The notes under the pieces were generated by a model. That model saw only the letters and a program-made list of their open reading frames with translations, had not been told where the DNA came from and did not search any database. Below, in pieces: positions 22,838 through 33,500 of a DNA stretch of 64,000 nt (positions within the stretch are counted from its first letter, which is position 1; every line of letters starts with the position of its first letter). The position numbers and the translations under genes are program-made. Source of the stretch: Pocillopora damicornis (taxonomy: Eukaryota); assembly GCF_003704095.1 (NCBI RefSeq), contig NW_020846942.1, positions 1,240,001 to 1,304,000 of the forward strand, written 5' to 3'.

Positions 22838-25800
22838 TTATAAGGCTCCCTTTGGCTTGAATCCAAAAGCAAGTTTCTGCCTGTTGTTTCTGTTTTTGTT
22901 TAGAATTAGGTCTTGGGCAGCCTTTTCTTGCTTCTTGATCTCTCGTTCCAAAGACATTTTCTGTTCAGTTAATGTTCTTCTTTCTTCCACCATTTGTAAA
23001 CGTTCTTCTGCCTGTTTGTCCAAGGGAAAAAAAAAGCCAAAATAATCAGAAGGAGGTCACAAATTAGGGAACTTACTCCTCTCTTACCTGCTTCATAAGG
23101 AAAGAAGATACTTTCCAAACAGGAGGAACTCAATCAAGATAGGAATTTGTTTTCTTGTCTCAGAGAAAAACTCTTTGTGAATTGTACTAATCATTACTTT
23201 TCACTAAAACAATGGAGATCTCCATGAAGACACCTTCATGTTTATGGTTGAGTCTTTCTTGCAACTTTCTCCATGTCCCAAATACTATGCAACAGAGACT
23301 GCACATGAACAGTAGTGTTTAACAGGTATGATTCATTTTATTCAAGGTAACAAAACCCCCACTGGTATCAGCTTAACCACCTCTTTCCTAAGGAACTCTT
23401 TCAGAAAATTACAGGGATGTTTCTAACCCAGTAAGTTTATTCACCCCTATGCTGTTGGTCACCTCGATGCTGGAGCTATAGCCACAATCATGACTTTGCA
23501 AGAACATCTGTACCATGCAGCAAAGGGACAGATCATACTGAGGTAAAATCTGTCATGTTGAAAAAGAGTCCATGACCTATAATTTCAGTTAACTTTCCAT
23601 AGTAGTTTTAGACATTTAAGTTTGTCAAAAAAAATAAGACTATGGGGTTGAATATTGGCACGTCTGCACCATTTTCAAAATGACAGCTTTTACAGAAGAG
23701 GTTGAACACAGAGATCAGTAAAAAACAAACCAAACTTGACGACTGTTGCAAGATTAGTTCTTCCTGCAGTGTGATGAAATAGAAGTAAAATTTCTTTTAG
23801 TTTCTGGTGACTACTGACAGCTAAAGCAAACAAGACAGAACTGGTTTAATACTTGTAACGAATTCACCTCACATTACATGAAGGTAATCACATTTAAAAC
23901 CCCATTGTTATGACATAAACCTTTGGAAAAAAGACATGTGTGTAAGGAGAGATCTAAAGATGGTTGAAGCTCTCAAGTAGACATACAGTGGAAATTAACA
24001 CAAACCAAAACTATCCCTTCCATGCCCTACCATGCTATATGTAAACAGGAAAAGGATAGTACAAGTTACCCACCAAAAAAAATCCTTCAACACTGGCATC
24101 AGTGTAGTGAATCATAAAAAAAAATATACATACCAACTTTTGATTCGCTTCAGTTAGTCTTAATTGGAGTTCATCAACTTTGCTCTCTAGCAGAGTAATT
24201 TTACGACGTTCCTCCTCCTAAAAAAAATGCAGTTCACTGTCAACAATTGGTTTGCATAAATATCTTTTCTTTTATCGATAACATTGTACCAAAATGAACC
24301 AAATACACTGTACGTACCCCAGAATCCTAGGTTATAAATTGTGAATGAACAATGTTAACATGAACAAGAAATGGCACCAAAAATCAAGAAGTCAACCCTT
24401 CATGCCCCAACATCGGTATTGATATCTTTAAAATTCCTATGGTACAAACAGAGAGAATTTGTGTAACAATCAGGAGCTTCTTCACTCCTTAAATTTATGA
24501 TCATTTCCTTCATTCTCATAACCTTAACTTTTGATTCAAGGGTGATATTGTAAAGAGAAATTAGAAGCCAATCACTGCTTGGGGTTGAAGGGTTAGACTT
24601 GCAAAGGAAGGGAAAACTGATCAGCATGGAATATAGAAATACTTCCCCACTAGAAGAAGTGCTCCAAGATATAACATTTAAGGCCACAACCAGAGAGGAA
24701 AACAGGCAGATAAGCACAATTTTTGGTACCTTTCCTTCCTCTTACAGCTACACCCTAATACTATAAACAAGTATACAACACATGTATCATATACACGAAC
24801 AAAAATCTTTTGATCAGAGGAAAATGCACAGCTCATTTTGTTTAAACACAAATAGAAACAAACCTTGTATGTATGTGAACTTAGAAACTTATGCTTAAAA
24901 CTGCTTTGTGAATCACATGAATGGCCGTTTTGTACCATTTATACATACACATATCCGCCTAACAATTCCTATGAAATGCTCCAAGCAAAGTCTCCTTGAG
25001 GAAATCCTTCACAGTCTGCAAAGACTTGAACTCTCCCAGAAAAAGTTTCAAATTAGTGCTGGCACAAAGTGGAATGTTCCTTCAAGAAGTGCCCTAAATA
25101 ATTTTTTTCCACTAGGCAAAAGTTTCTAGGCAAACAGCAATTTTAAAAATTGCGCAGTTCTTGAGTAATTGCAGTCTTTTGTGAATGTCTAGATTGAATG
25201 TCATGTTCAAGGATAGAACGGCACAAGAGAAGGGTAGGATTAGATCCAAATGCTTGAAAAGACTGACTGCTAGCTCTTGATAATGTTTTCCTGTTCAACT
25301 GATCCGTCAAAGGTATCTGTGGAAACAATCTAAGTGTTTGCAGAAAAACCACACAGTTTTACAAGCAATTATGAGAATTCTGGACAACAACATGTAACCT
25401 TGAAAGGATACAACTGGAGCTTGTCCTAGAAACAAGAAAGACCACTTGCATGTTTTCTTAGTTTTTAACCCTCTTCCCTCAATTTAGAAACATGATACGT
25501 ATACACAATAAATTATAGGGTATTTAATACTGTACCTCTTTCACTTGTTGTTCTTCGATTTGCTCCTGACGCCTTTTTTCAAATTCTTCCACCATCTGCT
25601 TCTCCATCACTCTTTTAGCTTCCTCTACTCTCTTCATGACTTCAGCATCAATTTCATCTTTTCTTTTTGCAAGTTCTTCCTCCACTCTCTTAGCAACAAG
25701 ATCTTCAACTCGTTTTTGAGTTTCTTCCTCAATCATCATCTTTTCTTTCTCAGTGGCTCGACTACAAAATAATAATTAAAAAAACAGCTCTTCCTTTAGC

Positions 25801-26839
25801 ATCATGATGTACATTTTCATCTTAGGTGAAACTGATTTAAATAATGACAATAATCCTACAAATTAGTTCTCTTTACCCCTTTTACTCTCAAGATCTAATT
25901 AGTAATTCTCTGTACTGTCTACCATTGATTCTGGTGGCATAAATTTAGAGAATTTGGTATTGGATCAACTAAGAATTCCCTAATTGATACTTCTCTTTAT
26001 TCTCATTACTTGTCTTTTTTAAATTTGTCAAAATTACTGGCTTTTATTTTATACTAAAGTAACATTTAATCCTTCAACTCATGTGAATGATGCAAACTTC
26101 ATAACTCATTAATTATTGGAGGGGGAGAAGATAGAAAAGGAGAAAAAATAAAGGTTAGTTTTTCATATATTGTGCGTTAATATTTAAATATGAAGTTGAA
26201 CACCTTACACATTGCATCTTCTTTTCTTTGGAAAATAATAAAAACAAGACACTTCCAAAAACATAGGCTTCATATGCTACGTCAACTCTTATGTTACAAT
26301 GTGTAAGCTTAAATGTAAAATGATGCTAGAGATCAAAGAAGGCCTGAGAAACAAAGACTGGAGGAAATTACATAATTTATACAACAAGTTTTCCATAATT
26401 CGTCACCTACAGCACTAATCCTTGGAGAGCTCACAAATGAAGAGAACCAGTTGGATAGGACATCACACACATGAAACTAAGATCCATAATAACAAGATCT
26501 AGAAACTTACATTTTTCTCTGTCGTTCCATCTCCTGTAATCGTTCTTCTTCCTCTTTTCGTTTCGAGCCAGGATCGTCCTCTTTTCTTTTCACTATAGAA
26601 CGACCAAATCGATCAACACTGGGAGAGCGAGATCTACTTCTCGAATATCTCTTCTTCCTGCGTGGTGATCGAGAGCGGCGCCGAGGTGATCGATCCCGAC
26701 TTTTTCTCTTGGTTGATGATGGCGTCGCGCTGGGAGAACGACTTCTCGTTCGCCGGCGATAACTGCGCTCTTTCTTGTGTTTCCGGCGCGGGCTGCCACT
26801 CTTACTTCTTGAACGTGATCTAGACTCACTCTTGGGCAT
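22838..26839 (-). CDS. ARGLU1: Arginine- and glutamate-rich protein 1 (270 aa, 4 exons)
   Basis: Minus-strand exons 26511-26839, 25536-25761, 24134-24217 and 22838-23011; all GT-AG, 813 nt total. N-terminal RS domain, [61 protein letters not shown] and C-terminal R.KLAF all follow vertebrate ARGLU1. Confidence 0.95.
24393..24596. mobile_element. TTAA/piggyBac-type MITE (subfamily B) in ARGLU1 intron 2
   Basis: TCAACCCTTCA ... GGGGTTGAAGGGTTAG ends; body matches 12620 and 41436. Confidence 0.7.
25872..26015. mobile_element. Truncated TTAA-type MITE (subfamily C) in ARGLU1 intron 1
   Basis: agatctaattagtaattctc...gagaatttggtattggatcaac...tattctcattacttgtc matches 36138 and the reverse complement of 29490. 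Confidence 0.6.
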
Positions 26840-27287
26840 TTTAAAGGTATTAAAAATATATCCAGGTGCTAATATGGCCTCTTTAGGAACTCATTGCAAA
26901 AACCCCTTCAACTTCACAAAGATGAGTAATTTACATGCTGTACCAAGCCCCTGCCTTTAGGGCAGGGTCCCCCCCTCATTGACCATCGAGGAGCGCAGTA
27001 ATTTTACTTCACTCTGACCATAAAATGAAATTTTTTTAAAGTCAAAACTGAATTACATTACAATCACTCGTGAAATTCCTATTGTTTTGTAATACAACGC
27101 ACGCGATTTTCAAAATTGTTTGATGAAAAATGTCCTATTTTCTTTGTTTTCCTCGTAAGTCCCGATGTTTTTGGTCAGCGAAAAGACCAACCATAGTTTC
27201 TGTGGTATAACAGACATATATTTCCCAAAGTTTTTAATCTAAGGGGGGTGGGGAGGAGAGGCTTAGTCAACACATAAACGAGGCAAT

Positions 27288-27333
27288 TGTTGCCACAATG
27301 GTTGCTATGACAATGATTAGACGAAAATGGCGG
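27288..27333 (+). promoter_or_regulatory. RFX X-box and YY1-like motif in the DNAH2/ARGLU1 divergent promoter
   Basis: GTTGCTATGACAAT (27301-27314) fits the X-box consensus GTTGCCATGGCAAC; an extra half-site GTTGCC at 27288; AAAATGGCGG at 27324-27333. RFX control of ciliary genes is established. Confidence 0.6.
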
Positions 27334-27559
27334 ACTCCTTCATGAAAATACTCAAGTAATCTCTATCACAAAAGACGTATAAAGACCATTTTTTTGCCTG
27401 ATACGGTCTACGAATTAAAAATTCCTCAACTTTGTTATTCGAGGAAAGCCTTGCATAGATCCTTAACCAATGCAGGCCGTATTGTGAGGAGTTGAAAAAG
27501 TTTTTCAGCTGTGATTTTGTACATGTAGACTAGTGATCAAAATTTTTGTGCGTAAACAA

Positions 27560-30500
27560 ATGGATTTGGACCGCGAAGATGCATCCAGTTTAAAGGGTGG
27601 CGCTTCTGATGTTACATCTGAAGCAGCTGGAGCAGTGATATTGGCGGAATCCTCATTAACGGTACCAGACGAGAACAAAAATGGAGAGTCAAATTCTTCA
27701 TCTGAAAGTGGCTTGGAGGTTGATCGAGGCTCTGTCGGCAACGGTAGCAGAGGATCAGAGGGCGAAAGAGAGTTTGATCCTGCTGAAATGGTGAGAAGAA
27801 TATCTCAGAAAACCTTGTTGTCCACAAGTAAATCAATTGCAATAGTTTTCCGAGGTGCATGAGCTCAATTTTAGACGCGCACACGTGTACAATTTGCAAA
27901 AAATTGCATCTAAGACGTACATGTTATTGAATTAGATCCCCATGCAAGCTATGTTATTTTACCTATCCAACGGTATTTTTTTACAGCCTGCTGAATGCAT
28001 TCGTGTTTCTGCTCGATGATACGTAATAGCTGGAGCAAGTTAGATAATAAATGATCCATATCTATTTTTATTTCAAAATGTTTACTTACTCCAGATGCCC
28101 AAATGTCTTATTTGCAGGTCCCTCTCATTAAGGAAAGAGTCACTTTAAGTGCACTTAAATCCGACATGTGGAATGCAGAACATGATTCTACCATCATTAA
28201 ATTCCTAAAAGACACTTCTGTTAGACTGCTGGTGGTTTATATTGACAAGCTGTTAGGATTACAAGTTGGTTTGTCTGTTCCACCTCATCCAGTGGAAGAA
28301 ATGACTTTCATGATTAGGTTTGAAAATGCCACACTTAACCCTGATAATATTGAACGAAAATTGCAGTTTGGTACAATCAGAGCCAACCACATTGAAAGTC
28401 TTTTGAGGACAATGACCAATGTGTATGCTCCTCTGTTTTTTGGAAACAAATCCTGGCCAGACAGTATCCTTTTAAAAAATATCGTTATCTCTTCTCTATG
28501 TTGTAATTGAGCATTTAATTAGAGCTTCAGGTGGTTTTTGGAAAGTAGTCATAGCTGTTACAGATCTTTAACTATAGATTAGGTATCAAAAATGACTTCT
28601 CTGCACAGCTGCACAAGTTCATGGCTAATCTCACAGACACACGCTATAAGATGCAAGGCAAGACAGTGTTATATGTCCCAAATGAGGGAACAAAACTGCC
28701 TGTGGAGGATGCTTCCAAGAGTAAAGAATTTGTTCAGCGTTTAGAAAGTAAGAAATATTAAGCAAAGTATGTGTTTACTTAATATTGTTAGTTAAATTTA
28801 AGTGTCTATCCCAGCTTGTTCAGCAATGCAGTGAGGCAAAATACTCTTAGTGTTAATCCTTTTCAATTACTTCCTTTTCACCCCTCAACTCCAAAAAGTG
28901 ATTAACATGTAACTTTTCCCTATTATATCCGTACATTATCCCACGAACATGTAATGATAAAACTCAAACTTACCAGATAAAGTTGTCTTGATCTAACACC
29001 AATTTCTCATAACTAATTCAAAAGGAAATGTGTAGCAGCTAGATGGGAGAATTAACAATCAGATCTTGGGTGTAACATGGTTACATAAAGTATGCCCAAA
29101 AGATTGTTATTTAAGGCCTGATTGCATATGTTCCAATTAAAAAAGTATATATTACATCATGTTGATTTGATTGGAAACATTGAAATTAAGTAATTACTGT
29201 CAAGGCTAATTTTAACTGTGAAGATTTAAATTAAATTTTAAATCCCATTTGACCAAAGTTCAAGCTTGTAATAAAGATAATTCTATCTGAATTACCTCGG
29301 AAGATGTTTATATGCATTAATTTTGTAGCCTTTATTATGTCTACATGTATCTTTATAGTTTATAAAAGTTCCACAAAAGAAGCAAGCAAATCATGGTGGA
29401 GTCTGCCACAGAGATTTTCTGGTTTTATTTTCTATCATAATGATGAAACAAAGACTTGGTTCAGAAATAAAACATGTGGAACTACTTTTTTAACCCTTCA
29501 CTCGCATGAGTGATCAAGAAAGAATTTCTCCTTACAATATCAATACAATATCAAGCAGACAAGTGATGAGAATAAGGAAAATACCAACAAAGGGATTATC
29601 ACTGGTGGTTGATCCAACACCAAATTCTCCAAATTAACATCATTTGAAATGTATGGCAGACAGTAAGGAGATTTACCTTAGAGATCTAGGAGTGAAAAGG
29701 TTAAATGGACCTTTTATTGTCAGTGACTGCCTTGTCCAGTGTGATTGTACTGAAATACATAATTGCTTTTTTGCCATTTATTTTTAGCTGCCATGATCCA
29801 CTGGACAAGACAAATAAAAGAGGTGCTTAGTAGTCAAGACACATTTGAAGCAGCAGAAAATTCAGGACCACTAGAAGAGATTGAGTTCTGGCGCAGTCGC
29901 TGTGCTGATCTGTCAGGAATCAGTGACCAGCTGGACAAGCCAGGAGTGAAGAGAATACAGTCAATTTTGGAGCACTCTAAGAGTTCTTATGTTGCTCCAT
30001 TTCTTAAGCTCTCAAAGTTGATTCAGGTCAGTCTGCCTATTGAACTATCTGTCGGTCCAGAGTTGTTAGTATAAAAGCAAGTAAAAGGTGAAAACCATGA
30101 TTGGCTAGTCTGTCATCTTTAGCCTGCTACTTTTACCTCATTTATCACCATAATTGCTGATAAAAAAATTTACAGTGATGGAAAGGAAATTTGCAGAGTA
30201 GCCATTTGCCTGCTCTAGGTGGAATTCATAATTTGCCAATAACAGATTTCAAAGTGTGAGTCAATCCCATGTGTAGAAATTACTTGAGGGCTCATGTGAG
30301 CTGCTTGCCACTAGGACATTTCTTTATTGAATAGCTCTCACTGTTGCCTCTATGACAACATCTCTGCTCACATCTTTTTAGTTTCCTTCCCCTCTCAAAC
30401 TTATTGACAGTCCTTTCTGTCTTTCTGTTTGTCTGCAATTCAGTTTGTCAGTCAGTTAGTCTGTCTCAGGTTTGTTGGTGGCGCACAGTAACAGACTGAT

Positions 30501-33500
30501 TTCAGTCACCAACAATATGCAAAGTTAAGTGTGGTATGTAAAGAGCTAGAATATTATAAATTATTGTACATCTCTTATGTAGTGTAACATTTTGATTTTG
30601 TCCAAAAGGATGGTTCTGCCCAAGCCCAGAGTAATCTTAAGTTCCTGTCCACGCTGAAGGGACCATGTGAAGATCTTGCTCAGGCCCAACCTAAGGACAT
30701 TCCAGGGATGTTGCCAAAGATCCTCAACATAATTCGTATTATATGGATGAACTCTGAACATTACAAGAGTAGAGAAAGACTCACTGGTTTACTGAGAAAG
30801 GTAGGAATCAGTGGAAGAGTGTGAGTAAATAGCAAACAGTGTACAGCTGAGGGATGAAACTTAATAGAGAGTAAATGTAGAGATAAAAAAATACTAGGCT
30901 TGATGTCAAGTGTATGAATGTGTTTTAGTCATTTCATCCCATGAATGTCTGTATGGTAAAGGTCAAGGTCAAGTTTTTACTCAGGCCAAGTAACCCACCC
31001 AGTAGGAGCTTATCCTGGTTTTCTTAGCATGAAGAAACTTGAAGTATCACTACTTCTCCCTGGATTGGGGGCCAGTCCATTGCAAGGTTACCCCCTATAT
31101 TATTTCATCAGACCTCCCTGACAATTTGCCGGTACTCATTTGGGAAAGGTATTCCGTATTGTAGTGTTCCACTATTGCATAGCTTTCCTGTTGTTGTGTC
31201 AGGGAAATGGGATAAAATGGTGGGGGTGACTTGCAGTGGATTAGTGGATTAGCATCCTGTCCAGGGGGGAGTAGCAAATTACTCCTGGTTGCTTTATGCT
31301 ACAGAAACTGGGATGAACTCCGCCTGGATGGGCCGTGTGGATTGATAGCTGACTTCACCTAGATTACTTTTCACAATATTCTGACAGTGTATGAGAAAAA
31401 CGAGCTCACATAACAACAGTGATGTGAGGTGCATTCTTCATTATTTTGATTCTTTTGCTGGGCTGTTAATGCTCTTGGTATATTAAGTTAATATGTTTTG
31501 ATCTTTCACTGGTTGAGAATTGACCAATAATACTTGTTTGCCTTCTCAGGTTAGTAATGAGATCATCAAAAGGTGTAGTACCAAAATCTCACTTGATGAT
31601 ATCTTTGAGGGTAGGATCAAGACAAGTATGCAAGGACTACAGGAGAGCATTGAGTGTTGTGAGTCATGGAAACACACCTACAGTAAGGTAAAGTTACTGT
31701 CAGTGGTATAATTAAAGTAGGGAGATATGAATGATGAAATGAAGTTATTTTTAACTGCACCAGTTTGCAGAGTATGGCAAATGAGATCTTGTATGTGTAG
31801 AGCCATTTTAAGCTTTGTGCATCGCATAGAGTACAACCAAGAGTCCACTGAACTCACATATGTACGTGATGTAGATGCTGGGAAATTGATAGTTTTAAAA
31901 AGAATTTGTGCTATTTGATACTCTGCAGACTGGTAAATGGAAATTAATCAATAATTATTAGTCCTGTAGATGATTTAGAAGATAAACATGATGCTCAAAG
32001 CTTTATTCAATTGAAAGAAACAGTAAAAAACAAGGTACTGCATTTCCTCTAAAAAGCACCTATGTTCTAATAAGCACCCACCCTTAAGGCCATAATGTCA
32101 AGTAAGTGCCCCTTTGAATAAACAAGGGCTTCCCCTCCTCTCTCAGTTTTTTTAAATTGAAGGGATGCAACCTGTTCTTATTGCAACTTTCTTTGTAACT
32201 GTTTGAGCTTTAACTATAGCTGTATCAATACAGGAGAATGATAAGTGCCCTCCTTCAAATGAGGGCGCCTCCTTTTTAGCTGAAATATTAAATAAGCACA
32301 CAGGCGCTGATCAATGAATTTGAATGTAAGCCTGCAAGATACCATTTTGGGGCTACTATCTGAGCTGAGAAGTCATGTGTTGGAAGCAACATGGGTTTCC
32401 TATCTACAAGAGCAGGACAAAAATTATTGCTAGCCATAATTGTTATTACAGAAGAGAAGACTTTTTTTAACTTTTTGGTCTGCTAATTGTTTTAGCATTT
32501 AACTTTAATTGCTTACAGATCAGTAGAATGCATTCCAAGTTGTCAAGTGAGAAATGGATTCTTGACCAGAGTAGCATTTTTGCCCAAGTGGATGCTTTTG
32601 TGCAGAGGTGTAAAGATCTCTTGGAGGTATTGTGGTGTGCATTGTCAGTTGCAATTCATTGAGCAAAATTAATATGAATTGAAAGTAATAGATTAGTATA
32701 GGAAGAAGTATAAAAAGCTCTTAGAATTAATCTCCACTGACAGTAGGATTAGGGAACAGAAAAAAAATCGTGGTATTCAATAGATACAACACCAGTAAAG
32801 AACAATTAATTAAACTGAGGAAAAATTTGAACCAAAATGTATTAATGTCATACTTAGAGTACAATACTAAATGTATTGCAGTTTGTTAATTCCTTTTAGT
32901 GCAAATGAAATTCTCGATAAATGTGTGAATTCTGCAGGTATGTGAAGGGCAAATCCACTTTGCAAGAATGTATGATGGCGAAAAAAGTCCCCTACCTTGC
33001 TTCCATGGTGTACGAGGACCTGAGGTGGTCAGAAGCTTATTGGAGATTGAGGCAACATTTGAGAAGAATCTGCAAATCCTTAAAGATGTCAAGAAAACTA
33101 TTTTAGATGTTAAGGTAGGAACAAAATAACACAATGTTTGATTTGACATTTGTGATCCTTGCAGTATGTGAGTATGGTATAGCATGTGAATTCTGGGGTG
33201 GGTACCAGGGTCTTCCAGATTTTTTGCTGCATATGTGCTGCTGGCTTCTCAGAATCCCAACCCTAGTATAGCTATTTGTTGGCCTATTATAGACAATCTT
33301 TGACACTTTTTTGGTTATACAGGGACAACCTTTCAACTGCAAATCATCCATGTTTAAATCCCTACAAACCAAAATTTCTCACCTCCAAAATCCTGAAAAT
33401 GTAAGCCTCCATTCAAGCAACTCTTGACAGTGCAACCCTGTTGTAGTCAATCCAGTCATGAAAATGTGACCCCATCCAATGGCACATCCCTATTGGCCTG

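Noticed and set aside
28464-28510. Apparent premature stop in DNAH2 after [18 protein letters not shown]
   Set aside because: Explained by the U12-type intron; the frame continues at 28583, so this is not a pseudogene.
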